From the NCBI GenBank assembly GCA_963597005.1, contig CAVBOS010000001.1:1-51136 (forward strand): DNA of 51,136 bases. The letters run 5' to 3'. Positions 15,010 to 24,983 of the stretch are shown here, piece by piece. The notes beneath the pieces are model-generated. The model searched no databases. It was not told where the DNA came from and worked only from the letters and a program-made list of their open reading frames with translations. The DNA is from Lachnospiraceae bacterium (GTDB lineage Bacteria > Bacillota > Clostridia > Oscillospirales > Acutalibacteraceae). The position numbers and the translations under genes are program-made. Numbering within the stretch: the first letter of the stretch is position 1; each line of letters opens with the position of its first letter.

Positions 15010-15077
15010 GAAAATTTTAGTCCTTGAAAGTGGTTTGATGAATCGAAAAACAGAGGTGATTTTTGACTGAAGCTAAG

Positions 15078-15536
15078 TTTTCCACATGAATATTTTTGTA
15101 TGCGCGTTTTAACCTCGTGTGGATAACTCTGTGAATTTGTTGATAAACCCACCTTGTTATTTGCTGAAAGTATAGCACGGGACTGCAAAAACTTAAAGTG
15201 AAAATTTTGATTTAGGGGAAAAGTCAAAAGAGAAGAATGTAAAATTGACTGAATTCAACAGAGAAAAATTCAAAATTGTTAAAAACTCGGTGGAGAAGTT
15301 GAAAAATACGCTCTCAAAATCGTTTGTACAATTTGACAGAAAAGGAAAATCAATATATTGTGCGTGGAGATTTGTTTGGCACGAATTAACGGGCGAACAT
15401 TTTATCGTTTTTTAAGCTCTTTGGGCATCTTGAAATGTTGAAGATTTTTGTGGAAAACTGTTTTCAACAATTCAAAAAGGCGGCAAAATGCGGTTTTTTG
15501 GCTCAAGTTTTCAACTTTTTCAACGAGTTATCCACG
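15078..15536. promoter_or_regulatory. DnaA-box cluster in the 796-bp ogg/rlmB intergenic region
   Basis: One perfect box: TGTGGATAA at 15118-15126, minus orientation (TTATCCACA). Three one-mismatch boxes: TTTTCCACA at 15078-15086, TGTGGAAAA at 15449-15457 and TTATCCACG at 15528-15536. Weaker boxes are also present. Confidence 0.5.
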
Positions 15537-15805
15537 AAAATTCTTGAAAACTTATAAAAACTAAGTGGAAATCAGAAGTGGGTGAGGAGCGATGGACAGC
15601 CGATTTCGCGAACACAATTTTTGTGCAAAAATGCCCTAAGATAACTTGAGGGAAGTTTGTGTGTTTATTGTGAAAAATCCGAAATTTTTGTAAATTACTG
15701 CGTTTTGCGGTACAAAGTATTTGAAGTTATTCTCGATTGGTGTTACAATAACTAATATCTATGCAATAGTAAAAAACAAACAGAAATATAGGATAATACT
15801 TATTA

Positions 15806-16591
15806 ATGGAAAACAAGAATTACAGAGAAGAAAAGGATTCCTCATACGGCGAGAACATAATAATCGGAAGAAATGCCGTAACCGAGGCTATCAGAAGCGG
15901 CAGAGCGATTGATTCTGTCTATGTGCAGAAGGGAAACCGTCACGGCTCGATAACAGCCGTTCTTGCAAAGGCGAGAGATAAGGACATCAACATCAAAGAG
16001 GTTGATATAAGAAAGCTTGACAGAATGTGCGGCGGCGCAAATCATCAGGGAATATGCGCCACGGCGGCAGCTGCCGAGTACAGCGAGCTTGAGGATATTT
16101 TCGAGCTTGCAAAGGAGAGAAACGAAGCCCCGTTCATCATTATTTGCGATGAATTGAGCGATCCGCACAATCTCGGTGCGATTATCAGAACCGCAGAGTG
16201 TGCCGGTGCTCACGGCGTTATCATTCCTAAGAGAAGAAATGTGGGACTTACCTATTCTGTCGGAAAGACGAGTGCGGGTGCAGTTGAGTATGTGCCTGTT
16301 GTCAGAGTGACAAATCTCCCGAATACGATAGATGAGCTCAAGGAAAAAGGTCTTTGGGTATATGCCGCAGACATGGACGGAAATCCGTGGTGCGAGCAGG
16401 ATTATTCCGGCCCGGTTGCGCTTGTTGTCGGCTCTGAGGGCGAGGGTGTAGGAAGACTTGTCAAGGAGAAGTGTGATTTCACCGTTTCTCTGCCGATGAA
16501 GGGCAAGATAAATTCACTTAATGCCTCCGTTGCTTGCGGAATAATCTGTTATGAGGTTTCACGCCAGCGCTCGGGTCTTAAGTCAAAGTAA
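15806..16591 (+). CDS. rlmB: 23S rRNA (guanosine-2'-O)-methyltransferase, SpoU/TrmH family (RlmB-like)
   Basis: 261 aa. N-terminal GRNAVTEAIRSGRAIDSVYV (SpoU substrate-binding domain). SpoU motifs DPHNLGAIIRTAECAGA, LVVGSEGEGV and SLNASVACGI. Confidence 0.8.
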   Translation: MENKNYREEKDSSYGENIIIGRNAVTEAIRSGRAIDSVYVQKGNRHGSITAVLAKARDKDINIKEVDIRKLDRMCGGANHQGICATAAAAEYSELEDIFELAKERNEAPFIIICDELSDPHNLGAIIRTAECAGAHGVIIPKRRNVGLTYSVGKTSAGAVEYVPVVRVTNLPNTIDELKEKGLWVYAADMDGNPWCEQDYSGPVALVVGSEGEGVGRLVKEKCDFTVSLPMKGKINSLNASVACGIICYEVSRQRSGLKSK

Positions 16592-16607
16592 ATACAGATA
16601 AAATTCC

Positions 16608-19544
16608 TTGAAAGGGATGCAAAGAATGAGAAAAAAGAAAAAGAATCGAGATGAAGATCTCGATTATGCGGTAGCGGATCAGAATTACGGCTGGTCTTTG
16701 CCGGAGGTTGACGGCGAGGACGCTCCTTTAGATAACAATGAAGAATATGTTTACGAGGGCGTCGACGCAAACGGCGAAGAGGAATATGATGTTCCTGCCG
16801 ATATGGAAAGGGACATTTCAGATACGGTCGAAAATGATTCAGCGGCACAATATGACGACTATTATTCCGATGATGAGGATAATGGTGTTGTAGAATATGA
16901 GAAGCCGAAGAAAAAGAAAAGAGGTCTTTTCGGTCTTTTCGGCAAAAAGAAGCAGGATGACGATTTTGACGAATCCGAGGACACATACTACGGCGTTCAG
17001 GTGAAGCCGCTTGACGAATTCAAAATGGATTACGATCCGTCAAGCCACAATCCCATGGAGGATACCTTTGCCAAGCTTTTTGATACAAGCGTGACCGCTC
17101 TCGACGATGAGATTGAGGATAATTTCAATCAGATTCAGCGTGAGAGAAGAAGAAGAGTTGCCGAGGCTGTTGAGAATGCGGGCGTAGACATGAACGATGT
17201 TGCCGATGAGTTCGGCGTCATTGCGCCTCCGCCTGTCACATCGTACACGGGCGAGATTGACCTCAAGGAAAATGACGGGGACGACGAGTTTGCCAAGGCA
17301 ATCCGTGATTCGGCAAAGTCGAGAACCATGGAAATCAAGCTCAACGTTCTTAACGATACGGTAGAGCTTCAGAAAATCGTCAATGTTCCGAAGGTTGACT
17401 CCGACAGCATTGACGAGATAGAGCAGCAGGCAAAAATCTACAATACTGCCGAGATTGATATCCCCGAGACACTCACGGACGAGTCTTCCGATTCCTATGA
17501 TGAGGAGAATGCTGCGGACGATAACTATGAAAATGACGAGGCATTCGAGAGTGAAGAAAATCCCGAGGATGTCCAGCCGATTGAAGCAGACGAGGATACT
17601 CCGAATTACTATCAGGAGTTCCCGACTATTGAGGATGTCACAAGATACCGTGATTTGACTCTTCCCGTCCATAACATTGACCTCGATGTCATTCAAAGTG
17701 CAATTCTCACTGAGGCTGATGACTACGATGAGGAGACTGGCGAATATCGCGGAAGAAAGGTAAACACCAAGAAGAGCCGCTTTAAGCTTTTCGAGGGCAA
17801 GGAGGAGCAGGCTGACGAGTCGGGCGAATCAATAGACGATTACACCTCCCCCGAGGATGCACCGTCTGTTCTTGCAGATCTCAAAGCCAATATATCTAAG
17901 CTTGGCATGAGAGCTGCCGCAACGGGACTTGCGACGATAGTTCTCTTCTTCCTCGGACTTATTCTCGAGGGACGTGACAACACCGTAGCTTCGGGAAGCT
18001 ATGTGGTTATTTCTCTCATATTGACAGGTGTGGCGGTTGCACTTTGCTACAAGAATATACTTGACGGACTCAAGGGAATCATTCGCTTTGAGCCTACAAG
18101 CGACAGTGCGATGGCGGTAGCCGTTTTGGCTGTTGTCATTCAGCATATAGGAGCGTTGTTCTCGCTCGACGGCGTGTCAAACGGAAACATTCACCTTTAC
18201 GGTGCACTTGCAGTCGGTGCGATTTTCCTCAATTCCGTCGGTAAGCTTTCAATGGTCAGAAGAATTTACTCCAACTTCAGATTTATTACCGCACGTGAAG
18301 ACAAATACACCGTCAGAATTTATGACGATTACAATAATTCTTTAAAGCTTGCGGGCGACAGTGCTTCGGGCACTCCGAAGATTGTTCACCAGAGAAAAGC
18401 GGGCTTCCTCAAGAGATTCTTGGAGCTCAGCTATGAGCCTGACCCATCTGAGGAGGCAGGAAGAGCAATTGCTCCTTACGGACTTATTTTATCGCTCGTT
18501 TCCACAATTGCCGCAATCCTTCTCAACACAAGCATAAGCTCCGGTATATCGACATTTGCCGCATCGACTCTTGCTTTCTGCGTTATGACCAATATGATAG
18601 GTCTCAATTTCCCAATGAGCAAGTTCTCGAAGAAGGTAAAGCGTGCGGGCGCTATGGTTTCGGGATACCGTGCACTTGAGAGTGTTTCCGATGTCACCAA
18701 TGTTATGCTTTCCGATACTGAGCTTTTTCCCAAGGGAACAGTCACAATCGGCGGAATCAAGGCTTTTGATAACGAGGGTCTTGAGGATGCAGTCACTGCC
18801 GCAACGGCAATGATTAACGAAGTCGGCGGAACTCTTGCGGACGTTTTCGGACAGGTAATCACCGAGAGCGGTGTGGAGCTTCCTAAGGTTGAGGCTCTTG
18901 TACTCGAGGGAGACAACGGCGTAAGCGCAAGGGTAAACGGCAAGCACATAATTCTTGGCAACAGAGATATACTCATATCCCACAACATCACACCGCCTGA
19001 AAGAGAGGACATCATGAAGTACCTCGAGGGCGGCAAGAGACCGCTGTTCATTGCGGTTGACGGCAAGCTTAAGGCGATGATAGTTGTAGGCTACAAGGCT
19101 GACAGAAGAAGAAAGGTTGAGCTCAGCAAGCTTAAGGAGAACGAAATCGGTCTTATCGTTTATTCGACCGACCCGAACATCACTGTCGGTTTTGTCTCCA
19201 AGCTTTTCGACATGGGCGAGTCAAGAGTGAATATTGTTCACGGCGAACTTGCCGCTGAGTGCCTTAAGGATGAGAAGAACGAGGTTGCAAGAGCCGATGC
19301 GACCATCGCAACAAAGGGCAGACCGGAATCTCTTCTCAGCGTTATCAATGCCTGCGTGAAGCAGAAGAAGCTCACAAAGGTGATAACAACAGCTCAGATT
19401 ATCGGCGCTGTTCTCGGATTCATCATCGTAACATTCGTCAGCCTCGGTTCTGCGGGTGCGGGAATTTCCGCAGTTTCGCTGTTCCTCTTCGAGGCTTTGT
19501 GGACGGTTATCGTTATGATAATCCCCAAGGTTATGGAAAAGTAA
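16608..19544 (+). CDS. large membrane protein: about 440-aa acidic low-complexity N-terminus plus a degenerate P1B-type-ATPase-like core lacking DKTGT
   Basis: 978 aa. The TM block and C-terminal half follow the heavy-metal P-type ATPase layout (NGVSARVNGKHIILGNRDIL, FIAVDGKLKAMIVVGYKADRRRK). SDTELF replaces DKTGTL, HGELAAEC replaces GDGINDAP, and there is no TGES. Confidence 0.55.
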   Translation: MKGMQRMRKKKKNRDEDLDYAVADQNYGWSLPEVDGEDAPLDNNEEYVYEGVDANGEEEYDVPADMERDISDTVENDSAAQYDDYYSDDEDNGVVEYEKPKKKKRGLFGLFGKKKQDDDFDESEDTYYGVQVKPLDEFKMDYDPSSHNPMEDTFAKLFDTSVTALDDEIEDNFNQIQRERRRRVAEAVENAGVDMNDVADEFGVIAPPPVTSYTGEIDLKENDGDDEFAKAIRDSAKSRTMEIKLNVLNDTVELQKIVNVPKVDSDSIDEIEQQAKIYNTAEIDIPETLTDESSDSYDEENAADDNYENDEAFESEENPEDVQPIEADEDTPNYYQEFPTIEDVTRYRDLTLPVHNIDLDVIQSAILTEADDYDEETGEYRGRKVNTKKSRFKLFEGKEEQADESGESIDDYTSPEDAPSVLADLKANISKLGMRAAATGLATIVLFFLGLILEGRDNTVASGSYVVISLILTGVAVALCYKNILDGLKGIIRFEPTSDSAMAVAVLAVVIQHIGALFSLDGVSNGNIHLYGALAVGAIFLNSVGKLSMVRRIYSNFRFITAREDKYTVRIYDDYNNSLKLAGDSASGTPKIVHQRKAGFLKRFLELSYEPDPSEEAGRAIAPYGLILSLVSTIAAILLNTSISSGISTFAASTLAFCVMTNMIGLNFPMSKFSKKVKRAGAMVSGYRALESVSDVTNVMLSDTELFPKGTVTIGGIKAFDNEGLEDAVTAATAMINEVGGTLADVFGQVITESGVELPKVEALVLEGDNGVSARVNGKHIILGNRDILISHNITPPEREDIMKYLEGGKRPLFIAVDGKLKAMIVVGYKADRRRKVELSKLKENEIGLIVYSTDPNITVGFVSKLFDMGESRVNIVHGELAAECLKDEKNEVARADATIATKGRPESLLSVINACVKQKKLTKVITTAQIIGAVLGFIIVTFVSLGSAGAGISAVSLFLFEALWTVIVMIIPKVMEK

Positions 19545-19556
19545 TTCTAAAATTCT

Positions 19557-19593
19557 GTGCATCCCGAAAAAATTTTGGGATGCACTATTTTTA
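19557..19593 (+). terminator. rho-independent terminator after the 16608 CDS
   Basis: Stem GTGCATCCC / GGGATGCAC followed by TATTTTTA. Confidence 0.7.
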
Positions 19594-19676
19594 TCTTGAA
19601 AAAAGCCTCATTAGATATTATTATTCTCACGATAGGTATTTTTATGTCGGAAAATCAAATTGTAATGAGGTATTTT

Positions 19677-20342
19677 ATGAATTTAAAAGAAGAATTGAAG
19701 CAGAGGGTCACGGGTGACAGAATGGCAATGAGAATCATAGTCATGGTGCTTGCCTGTACGCTCATGGGACTGGGTATATCCTTTTATGCTCATGCCGCAA
19801 TGGGTTCTGACCCGTGTTCTACCATGAATCTCGGCTTAGCCAAGTTTTTGGGAAAAAATTTGGGCCCCGTTATGGTTTCGACAAATATCGTTCTCTTGAT
19901 TTTTGTCGTAATATTTGACAGAAGTATGCTCGGCTTGGGAACGATAGGCAATATGGTGCTTTGCGGCTTCACATCAGACTTCTTTAATATTTTTCTTGAT
20001 AAGCTTTTGCCGCCAACGGCAGACATGAGCATATCTTTCAGAGTTCTTCTAACGTTAATCGGCGTTGTCATCCAGCTTTTCGGTATATCCTTTTACATCA
20101 CAGCCGATCTCGGTATGGCACCGTACGACTGTATTCCTTATATAATAGAAGAGAAAACACATTTTAATTTCAGAGTAGTCCGCGTCATTTGGGACTGGGC
20201 GTTTGTTGCGGTAGGATTTTTCTTCGGAGCAAGCGTTGGAATCGGCACGATAATCATGTGTTTCTGCATCGGCCCGATTATTCCCATATTAAATAAGCAT
20301 GTGGCAGGCCCGCTTCTGAAAGCAGAAAATATACGTGCATAA
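19677..20342 (+). CDS. YczE/YitT-like polytopic membrane protein
   Basis: I chose the ATG at 19677 (GAGG SD) because the track start at 19557 lies inside the preceding terminator. The call is family-level, from GLGISFYAHAAMGSDPCSTMNLG and the repeated TM pattern. Confidence 0.5.
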   Translation: MNLKEELKQRVTGDRMAMRIIVMVLACTLMGLGISFYAHAAMGSDPCSTMNLGLAKFLGKNLGPVMVSTNIVLLIFVVIFDRSMLGLGTIGNMVLCGFTSDFFNIFLDKLLPPTADMSISFRVLLTLIGVVIQLFGISFYITADLGMAPYDCIPYIIEEKTHFNFRVVRVIWDWAFVAVGFFFGASVGIGTIIMCFCIGPIIPILNKHVAGPLLKAENIRA

Positions 20343-21174
20343 AATGAAAAACAAAAGAAAAACCACAACAAAAACATATCTTACCATTGCCGCCGTTTCC
20401 GCACTTACCTGTGGCGCCGCATCAATGTTTCTTTTTAACGAGAACAACAATATAGAGAAAACCTTTTACCGCATCGGTAAAAAAAGTGCCGACAAAACGG
20501 CATTCAGAATCGTTCAGGTGTCGGATCTTCACGGTAAGGAATTCGGAAAAAATAACGCAGTTCTTTTGGATGAAATCGAAAGGCTTTCTCCCGATTTAAT
20601 CGCCGTGACAGGTGATATAATCTGGGGATATGAACCGAATTTCGAGAGTGCCGCTGTGTTTTTGAGAAAAGCAGGCTTTATTGCTCCTGTCGTTTTCGTC
20701 ACGGGAAATCACGAGGAGGGCTACTCGGGAGACAAGCTTGACGGACTTCTTGAGACTTTCTCTGATTCAGGCGTGAAAGTACTCGATAACGAGAGTGTTT
20801 TCTTCGAGAAAAACGGCAAAAAAATAAAAATCGGCGGAGTGAGCGAGAAAAACCTTATAGCCGGGAATATCGATAAAGACGAGAGCGAATATTTCAGCGT
20901 GCTTTTGGCTCATATTCCGCATTTTTGCGAGTTTTATGAGGAGAGCGGTTATGACATGGTTCTCACGGGACACGCCCACGGCGGACAGATAAGAATGCCG
21001 TTTTCAAAAATGCCGCTTGTGGCTCCGAATCAGGGGCTTTTCCCGAAGTACACCGAGGGAAGCTACACGGCGGGAAAAACAAGGGTGTTTGTTTCGAGAG
21101 GACTCGGAAGAAGCGTTATGCCGCAAAGAATATTTAATAAACCCGAGCTTTGCGTTTACGATATTTCTCTTTGA
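20335..21174 (+). CDS. metallophosphoesterase (calcineurin-like, YkuE-type)
   Basis: Motifs VSDLHG, TGDII, GNHE and GHAHGGQ appear in canonical order, with an N-terminal TM/signal. The start could be 20344. Confidence 0.8.
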   Translation: MHKMKNKRKTTTKTYLTIAAVSALTCGAASMFLFNENNNIEKTFYRIGKKSADKTAFRIVQVSDLHGKEFGKNNAVLLDEIERLSPDLIAVTGDIIWGYEPNFESAAVFLRKAGFIAPVVFVTGNHEEGYSGDKLDGLLETFSDSGVKVLDNESVFFEKNGKKIKIGGVSEKNLIAGNIDKDESEYFSVLLAHIPHFCEFYEESGYDMVLTGHAHGGQIRMPFSKMPLVAPNQGLFPKYTEGSYTAGKTRVFVSRGLGRSVMPQRIFNKPELCVYDISL

Positions 21175-21186
21175 CGCTCTATGTGC

Positions 21187-21215
21187 TTGACAAATACTGC
21201 CTTAAATGTTATATT
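21187..21215 (+). promoter_or_regulatory. sigma-70-type promoter of the ileS leader
   Basis: TTGACA (21187-21192), 17-nt spacer, TATATT (21210-21215). Confidence 0.6.
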
Positions 21216-21239
21216 TTCAAGTGCAATAAAAATTAAGAA

Positions 21240-21467
21240 AACGCTGTGACGATGAGAGTAACTAAGTCCGAAGGCTTCAGAGAGCTGCCGTTTGGTGCAA
21301 GGCAGTGCGAGTAAGGCTCAGCGAAGATCACATCCGAGCGGCAGCGCAGAAAAGAACGTAAGCGCTGACGGAACCTCACCGTTAGAGGAGGCACATATCA
21401 AGAGTATGATGAAGACCGGGTGGTTAAGCGATTATAAGTCGTCCTGAGTTAGGACGGCTTTTTTTAT
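21240..21467 (+). promoter_or_regulatory. T-box riboswitch leader, Ile specifier
   Basis: GA/K-turn GATGAGAGTA, AGAGAG box and distal-loop GGTGCAA. Specifier GAAG-AUC-A at 21327-21329. T-box core GGGTGGTTAAGCG at 21418-21430. Terminator AAGTCGTCCT / AGGACGGCTT plus T7. Confidence 0.8.
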
Positions 21468-21518
21468 TTTGTAAAACTATTAGTCTTTCATATACGTAGT
21501 AAAGAAAGGAAAGTCGCT

Positions 21519-24500
21519 ATGTACAAGAATGTTTCAGCGTCCCAGAATGTGGTCGAGAGAGAAAGAGAGACCGTAAAGTTCTGGAACGAAAACCATGTTT
21601 TCGAAAAGACAGTCGAGGACTGCAAGGGTAAGCCTACCTATACTTTCTATGACGGACCTCCGACAGCTAACGGAACACCTCATATCGGCCACGTTTTGAC
21701 CCGTGCCGTAAAGGACCTCATTCCGAGATACAGAATTATGAAGGGCTATGATGTTCCCCGTAAGGCGGGCTGGGATACTCACGGTCTTCCTGTCGAGATT
21801 GAAGTCGAGAAAATCCTAGGCATCGACGGCAAGGAGCAGATTGAGGCTTACGGTCTTGATCCGTTCATCACAAAGTGTAAGGAGTCCGTTTGGAAATATA
21901 AGGGAATGTGGGAGGATTTCTCCAAGGCAGTCGGCTTCTGGGCAGACATGGACAACCCTTATGTTACCTATGACAACAACTTCATCGAGTCCGAGTGGTG
22001 GGCTCTCAAGACTATCTTTGACAAGGGTCTTCTTTATAAAGGATATAAGATTGTTCCTTATTGCCCACGTTGCGGAACTCCGCTTTCCTCTCATGAGGTT
22101 GCTCAGGGCTACAAGACCTTAAAGGAGCGCACGGCTGTAGTTCGCTTCAAGGCTGTCGGTGAGGACGCTTATTTCCTCGCATGGACAACTACACCGTGGA
22201 CACTTCCGTCCAACGTCGCACTTTGCGTAAACCCAAATGACACTTATGTTAAGGTAAAGGCTGCAGACGGCTATACCTATTATATGGCAGAGGCTCTTCT
22301 TGATAAGGTTCTCGGCAAGCTTTCAGAGGACGATAAGCCTGCTTACGAGATTCTCGAGACATACAAGGGCAGTGACCTCGAGTACAGAGAGTACGAGTCA
22401 CTTTATAAGTGCACAGCCGACAAGGCAGCTTCTCTTGGCAAAAAGGCTCATTATGTCGTATGTGACGACTATGTCACCATGAGCGACGGTACAGGTATCG
22501 TTCATATCGCTCCCGCTTTCGGTGAGGACGACGCAAAGGTCGGAAGAAAGTACGATCTTCCGCTTGTTAAGTTCGTTGACGAGAAGGGCTGTCTCACAGA
22601 GGAAACTCCTTTTGCCGGAATGCGCTGCAAGCCGTCACAGCACGAGATTGAAAACGGCGCAGTAAGCGCAGACCCCGAGGTTCTCAAGGACCTCTATGAG
22701 CGCGGTGTTCTCTTCGATTCTCCGAAGGTTGAGCATGACTATCCGCACTGCTGGAGATGTAACACACCTCTCATCTACTACGCAAGAGAGTCTTGGTTCA
22801 TCAAGATGACTGCCGTAAGAGAGGATTTGATCAGAAATAACAATACAGTCAACTGGATGCCCGAGTCCATCGGTAAGGGAAGATTCGGCGACTGGCTCGA
22901 GAATATTCAGGACTGGGGTATCTCAAGAAACAGATACTGGGGAACTCCGCTCAACATCTGGGAGTGCTCATGCGGTCACCTCGAGAGCATCGGCTCAATC
23001 GAGGAGTTAAAGAGCAAGGCTGTTTCATGCCCTGATAACATCGAGCTTCACCGTCCGTACATCGACGAGGTAACAATTCCTTGCCCTGACTGCGGAAAAA
23101 TCATGCACCGTGTACCCGAGGTTATCGACTGCTGGTTCGACTCCGGTTCAATGCCGTTCGCTCAGCACCACTATCCGTTCGAGAACAAGGATAAGTTCGA
23201 GGCTCAGTTCCCGGCAGACTTCATTTCCGAGGCTGTTGACCAGACAAGAGGTTGGTTCTACTCCCTCATGGCTATTTCCACTCTTCTCTTTAATAAGGCT
23301 CCGTATAAGAATGTTATCGTTCTCGGTCACGTTCAGGATGCTGACGGTCAGAAGATGAGTAAGTCAAAGGGAAATGCCGTCAACCCGATGGAAGCACTCA
23401 ACACCTACGGCGCAGACGCTATCCGCTGGTACTTCTACTCCAACTCCGCTCTTTGGCTTCCGAACAAGTGGCACGAGAAGGCAGTTATGGAGGGACAGAG
23501 AAAGTTCCTTTCAACTCTCTGGAACAGTTACGCATTCTTCGTTCTTTACGCTAATATAGATAATTTTGACGCCACAAAGTATAATCTCGATGAGTGCAAG
23601 CTCACCGTTATGGACAAGTGGCTCATCTCCAAGCTCAATACTGTCATCAAGACAGCAGACGAGTATCTCTCCGATTACAAGATTCAGGACACAACTAAGG
23701 TTATGACTGAATTTGTCGACGAGCTCTCCAACTGGTATGTTCGCCGTTCAAGAGAGAGATTCTGGGCTAAGGACATGACAGATGATAAGATTGCCGCTTA
23801 CATGACTCTTTATACCGCTTTGGTAGAGTTCAGCAAGGCAGCCGCTCCGCTCACACCGTTCATCACAGAGGAGATTTACCAGAACCTCGTCAGAACAAAC
23901 GACAAGAGTGCACCGGAGTCAATTCATCTTTGCTCATATCCTAAGTATGACGAGTCCAAGATTGACGCAGAGCTTGAGAGTAACATGGAAGAGGTTCTCA
24001 CAGCCGTCACACTCGGTCGAGCAGCAAGAAACGATGCCGCAATCAAGAACCGTCAGCCACTCGCAAAGATGTATATCGCAGGAGAGAAAGAAATCCCCGC
24101 AATCTACACCGACATCATCACAGACGAGCTTAACGTCAAGACTCTCGAGTTCACAAACGACGCAAGCATGTTTGTAACATACACATTCAAGCCGCAGCTC
24201 AGACTTCTCGGAAAGAAGCTTGGCAAGCGTTTGGGCGCAGTCAGAACAGCTCTCGCTGAGCTTGACGGCTCAAAGGCAAAGAAGGAGCTTGATACTAACG
24301 GCGTTCTTAAGCTTGAGGTTAACGACGGCGGCGAGCCTGTCGAGCTCACAAGCGAGGAGCTCCTCATCGATACCGCTAAGGCAGAGGGCTTTGTTTCCGC
24401 TACCGAAAACAACGTGACAGTTGTCCTCGATACCACACTCACACCGGAGCTTATCGAAGAGGGTATGGTTCGTGAGGTTGTAAGTAAGGTTCAGAATATG

Positions 24501-24710
24501 AGAAAGAGCTCAGACTTCAACGTAACAGACCACATCGTTCTCGGCGTTGCCGACAACGAGAAGATTGCCGAGATCGTCAAGAATAACGAAGAGAGCATCA
24601 AGAGCGATGTTCTTGCAGATGAGATTGCTTTCGGCACCGTCGACGGAAATGTCGAGGAGCAGGACATCAACGGCGAAAAGGTAAAGCTTTCCGTTAAGGT
24701 AGTTTGCTGA
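21519..24710 (+). CDS. ileS: isoleucine--tRNA ligase (long type-2 form)
   Basis: 1063 aa with HIGH (PHIGHVLT), KMSKS (KMSKSKGN), editing-domain and Zn-finger CxxC pairs. Preceded by an Ile T-box. Confidence 0.97.
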   Translation: MYKNVSASQNVVERERETVKFWNENHVFEKTVEDCKGKPTYTFYDGPPTANGTPHIGHVLTRAVKDLIPRYRIMKGYDVPRKAGWDTHGLPVEIEVEKILGIDGKEQIEAYGLDPFITKCKESVWKYKGMWEDFSKAVGFWADMDNPYVTYDNNFIESEWWALKTIFDKGLLYKGYKIVPYCPRCGTPLSSHEVAQGYKTLKERTAVVRFKAVGEDAYFLAWTTTPWTLPSNVALCVNPNDTYVKVKAADGYTYYMAEALLDKVLGKLSEDDKPAYEILETYKGSDLEYREYESLYKCTADKAASLGKKAHYVVCDDYVTMSDGTGIVHIAPAFGEDDAKVGRKYDLPLVKFVDEKGCLTEETPFAGMRCKPSQHEIENGAVSADPEVLKDLYERGVLFDSPKVEHDYPHCWRCNTPLIYYARESWFIKMTAVREDLIRNNNTVNWMPESIGKGRFGDWLENIQDWGISRNRYWGTPLNIWECSCGHLESIGSIEELKSKAVSCPDNIELHRPYIDEVTIPCPDCGKIMHRVPEVIDCWFDSGSMPFAQHHYPFENKDKFEAQFPADFISEAVDQTRGWFYSLMAISTLLFNKAPYKNVIVLGHVQDADGQKMSKSKGNAVNPMEALNTYGADAIRWYFYSNSALWLPNKWHEKAVMEGQRKFLSTLWNSYAFFVLYANIDNFDATKYNLDECKLTVMDKWLISKLNTVIKTADEYLSDYKIQDTTKVMTEFVDELSNWYVRRSRERFWAKDMTDDKIAAYMTLYTALVEFSKAAAPLTPFITEEIYQNLVRTNDKSAPESIHLCSYPKYDESKIDAELESNMEEVLTAVTLGRAARNDAAIKNRQPLAKMYIAGEKEIPAIYTDIITDELNVKTLEFTNDASMFVTYTFKPQLRLLGKKLGKRLGAVRTALAELDGSKAKKELDTNGVLKLEVNDGGEPVELTSEELLIDTAKAEGFVSATENNVTVVLDTTLTPELIEEGMVREVVSKVQNMRKSSDFNVTDHIVLGVADNEKIAEIVKNNEESIKSDVLADEIAFGTVDGNVEEQDINGEKVKLSVKVVC

Positions 24711-24750
24711 TTTAAATAAAAACAAAATAAAAATATTTTTACTCAGTCAT

Positions 24751-24790
24751 TTGGGCTTTTCGAATGGCTGAGTTTTTTTTACGAAAATTA
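24751..24790 (+). terminator. rho-independent terminator after ileS
   Basis: Stem ACTCAGTCATT / AATGGCTGAGT (one G-U pair) followed by T8. Confidence 0.75.
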
Positions 24791-24983
24791 AAAATTTATA
24801 AAGATTTTGTGATGAAAATGAAACAGAAATGCAAAATCCCACAATGAAAAGACAGTTTTAGCCCAAAGTCCACAAAGCAAGGACAAAAGTCTATCTCTCG
24901 GTGACGAAAACTGAATCAAAGTATCGTTCATAAATATTTATTTAAGAATATAAAGAAATTCAAAAATAAATTTATAAAAACTC

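Noticed and set aside
15010-15805. The DnaA-box cluster might be the chromosomal origin, oriC.
   Set aside because: I cannot support this. The flanking genes are ogg and rlmB rather than dnaA/dnaN or rpmH. I found no clear AT-rich 13-mer unwinding element, and there are only four strong boxes. I kept it as a secondary DnaA-box cluster hypothesis instead.
19557-19676. N-terminal extension of the YczE-like ORF given in the track.
   Set aside because: The extension begins inside the terminator hairpin of the preceding gene and has no SD. The ATG at 19677 has a GAGG SD and begins just before the first TM helix.
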